A stretch of DNA of 64,000 bases, from contig CAUWAM010000006.1 in assembly GCA_963556825.1 (NCBI GenBank), forward strand, positions 8,127-72,126, written 5' to 3'. Below, piece after piece: positions 7,525-16,154 of this stretch. Every line of letters begins with the position of its first letter. The stretch's first letter is position 1. The position numbers were made by a program, and so were the translations under genes. The DNA is from an uncultured Clostridia bacterium (lineage in GTDB: Bacteria > Bacillota > Clostridia > TANB77 > CAG-508). Under the pieces are notes generated by a model, which saw only the letters and a program-made list of their open reading frames with translations, searched no databases and had not been told where the DNA came from.

Positions 7525-7542
7525 TGTCAGTTTTTGTCGAAA
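7525..7542 (+). promoter_or_regulatory. 18-bp motif TGTCAGTTTTTGTCGAAA (copy 2), 8 bp upstream of a consensus -35
   Basis: Exact duplicate of 1731-1748. The perfect 0A box TGTCGAA sits at 7535-7541. Confidence 0.6.
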
Positions 7543-7550
7543 TTTTCTTG

Positions 7551-7579
7551 TTGACAAATTAAAAATTACGTTGTAAAAT
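7551..7579 (+). promoter_or_regulatory. SigA-type promoter (TTGACA, 17-bp spacer, TAAAAT)
   Basis: TTGACA 7551-7556; TAAAAT 7574-7579. Confidence 0.6.
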
Positions 7580-7624
7580 TATAACACAAATTTGGACAAA
7601 TTATTTTTTACATTAGGAGGTTTT

Positions 7625-7720
7625 ATGATTTTTAAAATCGTATTATTTTTTTCAATTTTTTTTATTGTCAAAAAAATAATTGCTAAAGTATTAGCAATTA
7701 TAATCTTAAAAAATCAATAA
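7625..7720 (+). CDS. 31-aa hydrophobic/basic peptide (MIFKIVLFFSIFFIVKKIIAKVLAIIILKNQ), below the ORF-track cutoff
   Basis: AGGAGG lies 5 nt before the ATG, about 45 nt downstream of the promoter at 7551-7579. One predicted TM helix with a Lys-rich centre. Confidence 0.45.
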   Translation: MIFKIVLFFSIFFIVKKIIAKVLAIIILKNQ

Positions 7721-7885
7721 TTAAAATTTTATAAAAATTGTTTTTAATCTTGTAGGGAAAATATGATCCCCCCATTTTTATTGTAATATAGATTAAGATT
7801 TTTTGTTATATTGTTATCACGTCCCACATTTAAATCAAAATCATTTTAAATCAATAACATATTTTCTCTACAATACATTTATATA

Positions 7886-8365
7886 TTATTTATGATATGT
7901 TTCTCCATTTATTATTTTAAAAGCTCTAAAAATTTGCTCTAATAAAAATACACGTATTAATTGATGGGGAAATGTCATTTTTGAAAAACATATTTTTTGA
8001 TTAGATAAATTTAAAAGCTTTTCATTAATTCCAAGTGAGCCACCAATAATAAAAGTAATATTACTATGTTGCATAGATATGTCTTGAATATCTTGTGCAA
8101 ATTCCTCAGAAGAAAATTGTTTGCCTTTTAGGTCAAGACATATTACATATGTATCTTTTTTTAGATGATTTATTACATTTTCACTTTCTATGTTTTTGAT
8201 TTCGTTTTCTATAGTTAAATTAGATTTATCTGGAATTTTTTTATCCGGTAATTCTAAAATATTTAATTTACAAAATTTAGAAAGTCGTTTTGAATATTCA
8301 TCTATAGCATCCTTTAAATATTTTTCTTTTATTTTTCCTGTACATATTATATTTATTGTTATCAT
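7886..8365 (-). CDS. rlmH: 23S rRNA (pseudouridine1915-N3)-methyltransferase RlmH
   Basis: 159-aa SPOUT protein (MITINIICTGKIKEKYLKDAIDEYSKRL...IIGGSLG...MTFPHQLIRVFLLEQIFRAF). Confidence 0.9.
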   Translation of the reverse strand: MITINIICTGKIKEKYLKDAIDEYSKRLSKFCKLNILELPDKKIPDKSNLTIENEIKNIESENVINHLKKDTYVICLDLKGKQFSSEEFAQDIQDISMQHSNITFIIGGSLGINEKLLNLSNQKICFSKMTFPHQLIRVFLLEQIFRAFKIINGETYHK

Positions 8366-8403
8366 TTTTATTTACCTTTAATATATTTAAGTTTTATAAA
8401 AAC

Positions 8404-9192
8404 TTATAAACTTATTTTGTTTCCTGGTATGTCACGACTTGCTACACTTAATTTTAGTGAGTTTTCATTATATTGCGTACACATTATCTCGTCTACTACT
8501 GTTTTATACGCTAGTTCTGGAAAGTTGCTTTGTTTACTTAAATGTCCTAAAATAGCTTGTTGTAAACCAGAATGAAGAAGATGAGAAATTGTTTTTCCTG
8601 CGGATTCGTTTGATAAATGCCCTACTGGACCTGCAATTCTTGTTTTTAGTTGATATGGATATTTTGAATATTTTAGTACTTCAGGATCATAATTAGACTC
8701 TAACATGATAAAAATACTATCTTCTAAATTTTTTAATACACCATTTGTCATATGTCCAATATCTGTTGCGATACTTATTTTTTTATTATCTTTAAAAATA
8801 TTAAAACCACAAGGATTTGCAGCATCATGTGGAATTGAAAAAGGCTTAACATTGAAGTCGCCTATTTCAAAGTTTTCATCAATATTAAATAAATTTATAT
8901 TTTTTTCTAATATTTTTTCTTTTTGTTTTGGCATAGCATCTAATGTCTTTTGATTTACAAAGACTGGTAAATTGAATTTTTTTGCAAAAGTACCAAGTCC
9001 TTGTACATGATCTGAATGTTCATGTGTTACTAATATTCCATTTATAGAAGATGGATCAATTTCTAAATTTGTTAAAGCTTCTTCAATTTTTTTACTACTA
9101 ACACCGGCGTCAATTAAAAGTTTTGTGTTTTCTGATTCTATAAATAGACTATTACCACTACTGCCACTATATAAACTACAAAAATTAAACAT
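8404..9192 (-). CDS. MBL-fold metallo-hydrolase, YycJ/WalJ-like
   Basis: HEHSDH motif, 262 aa, directly upstream of rlmH as in Bacillus. Confidence 0.8.
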   Translation of the reverse strand: MFNFCSLYSGSSGNSLFIESENTKLLIDAGVSSKKIEEALTNLEIDPSSINGILVTHEHSDHVQGLGTFAKKFNLPVFVNQKTLDAMPKQKEKILEKNINLFNIDENFEIGDFNVKPFSIPHDAANPCGFNIFKDNKKISIATDIGHMTNGVLKNLEDSIFIMLESNYDPEVLKYSKYPYQLKTRIAGPVGHLSNESAGKTISHLLHSGLQQAILGHLSKQSNFPELAYKTVVDEIMCTQYNENSLKLSVASRDIPGNKISL

Positions 9193-9211
9193 GTTTGATT
9201 TCTTCCTTTGA

Positions 9212-10471
9212 TTATTCTTCTACTCTTTCAATATTTGCACCTATTTTTCTAAATTTTTCTTCTATTTTTTCGTAACCTCTATCAATATGAGAAAGGTTAT
9301 ATACTTCTGTTGTTCCAGTTGCAGAAACACCAGCTATAATTAAAGCTGCTCCCGCTCTTAAGTCTGTTGAATAAACAGGTGCACCAAATAATTCATCTAC
9401 TCCTTCAAATATTGCAGATTTTCCTTGTGCTGTTATTTTGGCTCCCATATTATTTAATTCTGCTGTGTATTGAAATCTAGATTCCCAAATGCTTTCATTT
9501 ATAATACTTGTACCATTAGCAGTTGCTAGAACAACTCCCATTTGTGGTTGTAAGTCTGTAGGAAATCCAGGATATGGTAATGTTTTTATATTTGTTTTAT
9601 TTGGTCTTTTACTATACCAAACTCTTATACTATCACCATAATCTTCAACATTTCCACCAATTTCTAATATTTTAGCAGTTAAGGCTTCTAAATGTTTTGT
9701 TATACAATTTTTTATTAATAAATCACCTTTTGAAGCTATTGCGGCAAGCATAAATGTTCCAGCTTCTATTTGGTCAGGTACAACTGAATATGTAGCGTTT
9801 CCATGCAATTTTTCTACACCAGTAATTTTTATAACATCTGTACCTGCTCCTCTAATGTCTGCTCCCATTGTATTTAAAAAGTTTGCAACATCAACTACAT
9901 GAGGTTCTTTTGCAGCATTATCTATTGTTGTTACACCTTTTGCTAAAACAGCTGAAAGCATAATATTAATTGTTGCTCCAACAGAAACAATATCCATATA
10001 TATAGAATTACCAGTAAGTTTATCTGCTTTTGCATGAATTGTTCCTTTTTCTACTGTTACATTAGCTCCTAATAATTCAAATCCTTTTATATGTTGGTCA
10101 ATAGGTCTTGCTCCTAAATTACAACCACCAGGCATTCCTACTTCTATTTCACCCATTCTTCCAAGCATTGCACCAATAACATAATAAGATGCTCTAAATT
10201 TACTTGTTAAATCTAGAGGTGCTTGAGTAGTATTAATATCTCTTGTATCTATTGTTATTTCATTTGGAGTATTCCATGTTATTTTTGCTCCTAATTTTTC
10301 TAATATTGTGCAACAAATTTGAACATCACTTATATTTGGTAAGTTATTAATTGTACAAACTCCATCTATAAGTAATGTTGCTGGTAATAGTGCTATTGCT
10401 GCATTTTTTGCTCCATTTATTTCAACTACACCTTTTAAAGGTGTAGGTCCTGTTATTACTAATTTTTCCAA
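9212..10471 (-). CDS. murA: UDP-N-acetylglucosamine 1-carboxyvinyltransferase
   Basis: INGAKNAAIALLPATLL and the active-site loop GGCNLGARPIDQHIKG; 419 aa. Confidence 0.95.
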   Translation of the reverse strand: MEKLVITGPTPLKGVVEINGAKNAAIALLPATLLIDGVCTINNLPNISDVQICCTILEKLGAKITWNTPNEITIDTRDINTTQAPLDLTSKFRASYYVIGAMLGRMGEIEVGMPGGCNLGARPIDQHIKGFELLGANVTVEKGTIHAKADKLTGNSIYMDIVSVGATINIMLSAVLAKGVTTIDNAAKEPHVVDVANFLNTMGADIRGAGTDVIKITGVEKLHGNATYSVVPDQIEAGTFMLAAIASKGDLLIKNCITKHLEALTAKILEIGGNVEDYGDSIRVWYSKRPNKTNIKTLPYPGFPTDLQPQMGVVLATANGTSIINESIWESRFQYTAELNNMGAKITAQGKSAIFEGVDELFGAPVYSTDLRAGAALIIAGVSATGTTEVYNLSHIDRGYEKIEEKFRKIGANIERVEE

Positions 10472-10547
10472 TTGAATTCCTCCTAGTTAGGTATAAATAT
10501 TTGCTTAAAATATATCATAAACTAGAGAGTATTGCAATAGCAAATAT

Positions 10548-11213
10548 TTAATTTTTAGCAGTAATTAGTCCAGAATTTGCAAACATTTCTAATAATTTAA
10601 ATTTAAATTTTATTCCGTAATTAGAATCATTTGAAATTAGGGAGTATTCTTCATGAGATAAATTGTTCTTTAATTCTTCTTTTGATTCTTCTGGAACTAT
10701 TCCAGAAGATATATCTACAAAGCAGAGAGAAGGAAACATTACACACCACCAGTTTCTTCCTTTAGCTTCTCCGATTTCGACTTTTAAAGCATCATAAAAA
10801 CCAGCAGGTAATGAAATATCACCATAGTTCTTTGTAGGAAATTCAAAATTTCCTATTTCTATATTTACATTGTAAGAATAACCTTCATTATGAATTGTTT
10901 GTAATGCTATATTTTTAAATTCTTCTTGGTGTTTAGTTACAATTTCTATAGCTTCTTCTTTTGAACTACAATTGTCACATAAATTATTCATATATTTTAA
11001 TAAGCTATCTCTAACTTTATATTTTAAATTTTGGTCTTCATCACTATTACTATTTGCAATTACGTGAAGTCTAAAAACGCTTTCTGCTATATCTGAAGAA
11101 GTTGTTTGTGCATAAGAAATTGCACAAATTCCAGTATACAATATTAGAAGAAAAGTTAATATAAGTGTAATTTTAAATTTGGGATTTTTAATAAATTTTA
11201 AAAATTTTTTCAT
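10548..11213 (-). CDS. spoIIR: Stage II sporulation protein R
   Basis: Signal/TM segment, then FRLHVIANSNSDEDQNLKYKVRD..., the SpoIIR signature. Confidence 0.9.
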   Translation of the reverse strand: MKKFLKFIKNPKFKITLILTFLLILYTGICAISYAQTTSSDIAESVFRLHVIANSNSDEDQNLKYKVRDSLLKYMNNLCDNCSSKEEAIEIVTKHQEEFKNIALQTIHNEGYSYNVNIEIGNFEFPTKNYGDISLPAGFYDALKVEIGEAKGRNWWCVMFPSLCFVDISSGIVPEESKEELKNNLSHEEYSLISNDSNYGIKFKFKLLEMFANSGLITAKN

Positions 11214-11314
11214 GAGTTACCTCCAATAAACTTTTTTGTTAAAATATTCTTTAATTTAATTATTTACCAGTTTTATAAAAATATACATATACTTAAACGT
11301 CGAAAAAACACGAT

Positions 11315-11347
11315 GAAATATTCTTGAAATATTCTTGAAATAATATT
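11315..11347 (+). repeat. Three tandem 11-bp units (gaaatattctt x2, then gaaataatatt) abutting a -35
   Basis: Read directly from the sequence. The helical-turn periodicity continues upstream with cgatGAAA and gtcGAAA. Confidence 0.7.
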
Positions 11348-11374
11348 GACATATTGAAATAAAAATGGTAAAAT
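11346..11374 (+). promoter_or_regulatory. SigA-type promoter (TTGACA, 17-bp spacer, TAAAAT)
   Basis: TTGACA 11346-11351; TAAAAT 11369-11374. Confidence 0.6.
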
Positions 11375-11444
11375 TTACCAGTGTTCAAAAATAGATAATC
11401 AAAAGAAAAAATTAGTGTTTGAAACTGAAAGGGTTGAGAAAATC

Positions 11445-11915
11445 ATGTTAAAGAAAAACAAAAGTAAAGAAAAAAATTGCTTATTTTTTGCAAGTGACTA
11501 TCATTTTGAAATGATAAGTTTACCATATATTAATAAGAGTATAAAAGAAAATAAAGAGGTTGTTGTAATTTCAGAAAACAATTTAGAAAATACTATTAAT
11601 AAATTATTATTACGAGTAAATTTACAAGAAGAAGAAAGAAATAAAATTTTAAAAATTAACTGGAATAATAATGATTTTGATAAATTTAAAGAAATAAAAG
11701 AAGCTAATAAAGAAAGAAAAAATACAATTGTATTTATAAAAGGAAAAGAAAATTATATAAAAAATGTTAATAAAAATATAGAAAATTGGATTAATGAAAA
11801 TAATAAAATAGAAATAATTGATTGTTATGATATTAATGAAGTGGAAGAAAATATAGGAGAAATAACTAAAAAATATAATAATGTATTAATAACATCTGGA
11901 ATGAAAAAATTATAA
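11445..11915 (+). CDS. Hypothetical cytoplasmic protein (about 156 aa)
   Basis: The tracked ORF begins at 11415 with a non-ATG codon. ATG 11445 (MLKKNKSKEKNCLFFASDYHFEMISLPYI...) is the more plausible start. No recognisable family. Confidence 0.6.
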   Translation: MLKKNKSKEKNCLFFASDYHFEMISLPYINKSIKENKEVVVISENNLENTINKLLLRVNLQEEERNKILKINWNNNDFDKFKEIKEANKERKNTIVFIKGKENYIKNVNKNIENWINENNKIEIIDCYDINEVEENIGEITKKYNNVLITSGMKKL

Positions 11916-12012
11916 ACATGATAAATATTTGATGAATACTTGATAAATTTCAAAATTTGGTGTATAAATATATAAAAAAATGCAAAAGTAAATGTTGAAA
12001 GGATATGAAAAT

Positions 12013-13263
12013 ATGGAACATACATTAGAAGAAGCAAAAAGTATATTAAAAAAATATAATCAAGAACATATTTTAAATGGATATGATAAATTAGATGATA
12101 ACAAAAAACAAATATTATTAGATCAAATTTTTGATACAGACTTTGAATTAATAAAGAGCTTATACGCTAATACAAAAAAGCAATTAAATGAAAAAAGCGA
12201 TAAAATTGAGCCAATGGATTATATGGACAAGTTTAAATTAAATGAAAAATATAAATATTATGAAAATATAGGAAAAGAAGCAATTAGACAAGAAAAACTT
12301 GCTGCTGTTACTATGGCAGGTGGACAAGGTACAAGACTTGGTCATAATGGACCAAAAGGAACATATGATATTGGACTTGACTCACATAAATCTTTATTTG
12401 AATTATTAGCAGATGGATTAAAAGAAGAAGGAAAAAAATATGATGTAACAATACCATGGTTCATTATGACAAGTAGAGAAAACAATGTTGAGACTATTGA
12501 ATTTTTTGATAAACATAAATATTTTGGATATCAAAAAGATAGAAATCTTTTCTTCTTTATACAAGGAGAATTGCCAATGGTTGATACAGAGGGAAAAATA
12601 CTAATTGGTGAAGATGGACTTATAAAAAAAGCTGCAGACGGACATGGAGGAATTTATGAATCATTAGTAAAAAATGGCATGACAGAAAAAATGAAACAAT
12701 TAGGAGTTGAATGGGTATTTATTGGAGGAGTAGATAATTGCTTAGTAAAAATGGTCGACCCTGTATTAATGGGAATAGCTATAGATAAAAAAGTTACAGT
12801 AGCATGTAAATCTATTGTAAAAGCAAATCCTCATGAAAAAGTAGGAGTGTTTTGTAAGAGAAACGGAAGACCAAGTGTTATAGAGTATTCAGAAATTACA
12901 GATGAGATGGCTGAAGCTGTTGATGAAAATGGAGAGCTTTTATATGGAGAATCTCATATTCTTTGTAATTTATTTAATATTGAAGCAATAGAAAGAATGG
13001 GAGCTAATCCATTACCATATCATAGTGCTTATAAAAAAGCTAAATATATAGATAAAGATGGAAATTTAGTTGTTCCTACATCTCCAAATGCATATAAGTT
13101 CGAAGCATTTTTATTTGATGCTTTTGGAAAAGTTGATGATATGTCAATATTAAGAGTGAGACGAGAAGAAGAATTTGCACCTGTAAAAAATTCAGATGAA
13201 GCAGGAGTTGATTGCCCTAGAACAGCTAGAGAACTATACCAAAATTTCTATCATTTAAAATAA
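12013..13263 (+). CDS. UDPGP-family (eukaryote-type UAP/UGP-like) UDP-sugar pyrophosphorylase
   Basis: MAGGQGTRLGHNGPKGTYDIGL nucleotide-binding loop; about 416 aa. ATG 12013 has an AAAGGA RBS; the alternative start is 11992. Confidence 0.8.
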   Translation: MEHTLEEAKSILKKYNQEHILNGYDKLDDNKKQILLDQIFDTDFELIKSLYANTKKQLNEKSDKIEPMDYMDKFKLNEKYKYYENIGKEAIRQEKLAAVTMAGGQGTRLGHNGPKGTYDIGLDSHKSLFELLADGLKEEGKKYDVTIPWFIMTSRENNVETIEFFDKHKYFGYQKDRNLFFFIQGELPMVDTEGKILIGEDGLIKKAADGHGGIYESLVKNGMTEKMKQLGVEWVFIGGVDNCLVKMVDPVLMGIAIDKKVTVACKSIVKANPHEKVGVFCKRNGRPSVIEYSEITDEMAEAVDENGELLYGESHILCNLFNIEAIERMGANPLPYHSAYKKAKYIDKDGNLVVPTSPNAYKFEAFLFDAFGKVDDMSILRVRREEEFAPVKNSDEAGVDCPRTARELYQNFYHLK

Positions 13264-13267
13264 AAAT

Positions 13268-13306
13268 AAAAGTTGTAAAATATAAGAAATGTTTTACAAC
13301 TTTTTT
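13268..13306 (+). terminator. Rho-independent terminator
   Basis: aaagttgtaaaa / ttttacaacttt stem followed by a T-run. Confidence 0.75.
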
Positions 13307-13403
13307 GTTATATAAAGCAAATAATTTTATAAAAAACCCTTTATTTATTTTGCAATTAGTGTTATTATAAGCATACCAAAATAAGTTGTCAAAAAAGGGC
13401 GTC

Positions 13404-13423
13404 CCAATTGACACCAATTGACA
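13404..13423 (+). repeat. Perfect tandem 10-bp repeat, ccaattgaca x2, in the pgcA leader
   Basis: Read directly from the sequence. An inverted copy TTGTCAA lies at 13386-13392. Confidence 0.7.
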
Positions 13424-13442
13424 AAAAGAAAGGACTGATAAA

Positions 13443-15173
13443 ATGAAAGATTATTTAGAAGAATATCAAAAATGGATAGAAAGTTCAGATTTTGATGAAG
13501 AAACAAAAAGTGAATTAAAAGCAATTAAAGATGATGAAAAGGAAATAGAAGACAGATTTTATAAAGAATTAGAGTTTGGTACAGCTGGGCTTCGTGGAGT
13601 TATTGGGGCTGGAACAAATAGAATGAATAAATATACTGTTGGAAAAGCAACACAAGGTTTAGCAAATTACATATTGGAACAAGGTACACAATATAAAGGA
13701 GTTGCGATAAGTTATGATTCTAGAAAAATGTCAAAAGAATTTAGTATGCAAACAGCGTTAATATTAAATGCAAATGGAATAAAAACATATTTATTTGAAA
13801 GTTTAAGACCAGTACCAGAATTATCTTTTGCAGTAAGAGAGTTAAAATGTACAGCTGGAATAATGATTACAGCAAGTCATAATCCACCAAAATATAATGG
13901 ATATAAAGTTTATTGGGATGATGGTGCGCAAATAGTTAGCCCAAGAGATAAAGATATAATTGCAAAAGTAAGAGATGTTAAAGAATATAGTGAAATTAAA
14001 GAAATTTCAAAAGAAGAGGCAATTGAAAAAGGTTTATTTAATGTTGTTGGAACTGAAATGGATGATAAATACATAAATACTTTGAAATCATTAATATTAA
14101 ATCCAGAGATTGTAAAAGAACAAGGAAAAAGTTTAAAAGTTGTATATACTCCTCTACACGGAACAGGAAATATGGTTGCTGAGAGACTTTTAAAGGAAAT
14201 AGGAATTGAAAATTTATATGTTGTTCCTGAACAAAAAGAACCAGATGGAAATTTTCCAACAGTAGATTATCCAAATCCAGAAGACAAAAAAGCATTTAAA
14301 TTAGCTCTAGAATTAGCTAAAAAAGTTGATGCTGATGTAGTACTTGCAACAGACCCTGATGCGGATAGATTAGGAATATATGCCAAAGATAATAAAACTG
14401 GTGAATATATGACATATACAGGAAATATGTCTGCATTATTAATTGCAGAATATAGAATTTCTCAAATGCAAGAAAAAGGGCTTTTACCTGAAAAAGGAAT
14501 GTTTATTACAACAATAGTTTCATCAGATTTAGCTAAAGCAATTGCTTCAAATTACGGATTAGAATGTTTTGAAGTTTTAACCGGATTCAAAAATATTGGT
14601 TCTATTATGAAAAGGGAAGAAGAAAAAGCTGATGGAGATAAATATGTATTTGGTTTTGAGGAAAGTTATGGTTGCTTAATAGGGGATTATGCGAGAGATA
14701 AAGATGGAATAGCAGCTGTAATGGCATTATGCGAAGCGGCTTGTTATTACAAATCTAAAGGTGAAACTTTATGGGATCAGATGATAAATATATATGAAAA
14801 ATATGGATATTATAAAGAATCTCAAGTTTCTATAGTTTTAGAAGGTGCCGAAGGGGCCGAAAAAATTCAAGAAATGATGACAAATATGAGAAATACACCA
14901 ATAGAAAAAATTGGAAAATATAAAGTATTAGAATTTAAAGATATAGACAAAGATTATGTAAAAAATATGATAACAGGAGAAGAAAGCAAATCTGGATTAC
15001 CAAAATCTAATGTTTTATATTATGGATTAGAAGATAATAATTGGTGTTGTGTTAGACCATCTGGAACAGAACCAAAAATTAAATTATATATGGGAATTAA
15101 AGGAAAATCTGAACAAGATGCTAATACAAAATTAGAAGAATTAAAAGATGCAATGGTTGCAATAGTTAAATAG
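13443..15173 (+). CDS. pgcA: Phosphoglucomutase/phosphomannomutase family protein (PgcA-like)
   Basis: ITASHNPPKYNGYKVY phosphoserine loop and ATDPDADRLG metal loop; 576 aa. Confidence 0.9.
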   Translation: MKDYLEEYQKWIESSDFDEETKSELKAIKDDEKEIEDRFYKELEFGTAGLRGVIGAGTNRMNKYTVGKATQGLANYILEQGTQYKGVAISYDSRKMSKEFSMQTALILNANGIKTYLFESLRPVPELSFAVRELKCTAGIMITASHNPPKYNGYKVYWDDGAQIVSPRDKDIIAKVRDVKEYSEIKEISKEEAIEKGLFNVVGTEMDDKYINTLKSLILNPEIVKEQGKSLKVVYTPLHGTGNMVAERLLKEIGIENLYVVPEQKEPDGNFPTVDYPNPEDKKAFKLALELAKKVDADVVLATDPDADRLGIYAKDNKTGEYMTYTGNMSALLIAEYRISQMQEKGLLPEKGMFITTIVSSDLAKAIASNYGLECFEVLTGFKNIGSIMKREEEKADGDKYVFGFEESYGCLIGDYARDKDGIAAVMALCEAACYYKSKGETLWDQMINIYEKYGYYKESQVSIVLEGAEGAEKIQEMMTNMRNTPIEKIGKYKVLEFKDIDKDYVKNMITGEESKSGLPKSNVLYYGLEDNNWCCVRPSGTEPKIKLYMGIKGKSEQDANTKLEELKDAMVAIVK

Positions 15174-15174
15174 A

Positions 15175-15220
15175 AAAAGCTCATAAAAAGATGATATAAT
15201 TCATTTTTTTATGAGTTTTT
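15175..15220. terminator. Bidirectional terminator between pgcA and ttcA
   Basis: aaaagctcataaaaa / tttttatgagttttt stem. Confidence 0.7.
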
Positions 15221-15230
15221 ATAATATAAT

Positions 15231-15944
15231 TCATTGTTTTATTTCCCAATCTGGAAGGTTTCTTTGTATTGCACCAAAAAGATTAGCTCTAATTATAGGA
15301 ATATCTTTTTGAAGAGTAAAAATCATTTGTTTCATAGATTCTCTTTTGGAAGTACCGTCCATTGGACATACTTTTGGCATAACATTTAAATTATTTTTCT
15401 TAACAAAACGTTTTGTTTCTTTTTCAGGTGTATAAATTAATGGTCTAATTAAAGTTATGCCAGAGCGGTCCATATAACTTACAGGTGAAAATGTATTAAT
15501 ACTACCAGTATAAAGTAAGTTTAATAAAAAAGTTTCTAAAACATCATCTTGATTATGACCTAAAGCGATTTTATTACATCCTTCTCTTATTGCAACAGAG
15601 TTAATAGCACCTCTTCTTAAATTTGCACATAATGAACACGGATTTTTTTCTTTTCTTATCTCGAAAACAATTTCTTTTGCATTGCTTTTTTCGATGAATA
15701 ATGGGATTTCTAAATTATTACATATGTTTTGTAGGAAAGTTTTATCAAAAAATTCGAATCCTGGATCTATACTAATTGCTATTAATTCAAATTTTTTGGG
15801 ATAAAATCTTTGTAATGCCTTAAAAGCGTGTAATAAAGTGATGGAATCTTTTCCTCCAGAAAAACATACTGCAATTTTATCGTTTTCTTCTATCATATGA
15901 TATTCTTCTATGGCTTTTCTCATGTAACTTAATATTTTTTGCAT
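15231..15944 (-). CDS. ttcA: PP-loop ATPase, tRNA 2-thiocytidine biosynthesis TtcA family
   Basis: CFSGGKDS PP-loop, CSLCANLRRG, HNQDD; 237 aa. Confidence 0.8.
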   Translation of the reverse strand: MQKILSYMRKAIEEYHMIEENDKIAVCFSGGKDSITLLHAFKALQRFYPKKFELIAISIDPGFEFFDKTFLQNICNNLEIPLFIEKSNAKEIVFEIRKEKNPCSLCANLRRGAINSVAIREGCNKIALGHNQDDVLETFLLNLLYTGSINTFSPVSYMDRSGITLIRPLIYTPEKETKRFVKKNNLNVMPKVCPMDGTSKRESMKQMIFTLQKDIPIIRANLFGAIQRNLPDWEIKQ

Positions 15945-16063
15945 TGTTTCCTCCTAAATTATTTTATTAATATTATAACATTTCTTGTCAAGAGATATAA
16001 ATACTTTTTAATTGACAAAAATTTGAAAAAATAGTATTATATTTAAGAATATAAATTATATAT

Positions 16064-16139
<76 letters not shown>

Positions 16140-16154
16140 ATATAATATATTTTA

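Noticed and set aside
1731-7542. Calling the repeat-bracketed block a genomic island or ICE/IME.
   Set aside because: No integrase, recombinase, transposase, tRNA/tmRNA target or mobilisation gene lies inside it. The repeats could equally be regulatory sites. It is reported as a finding, not annotated as a mobile_element.
10472-10547. Long-loop inverted repeat (aaatatttgct ... agcaaatattt) between murA and spoIIR, considered as a terminator.
   Set aside because: The loop is about 30 nt, the stem is almost all A/T, and no T-run follows on the transcribed strand. Not convincing.
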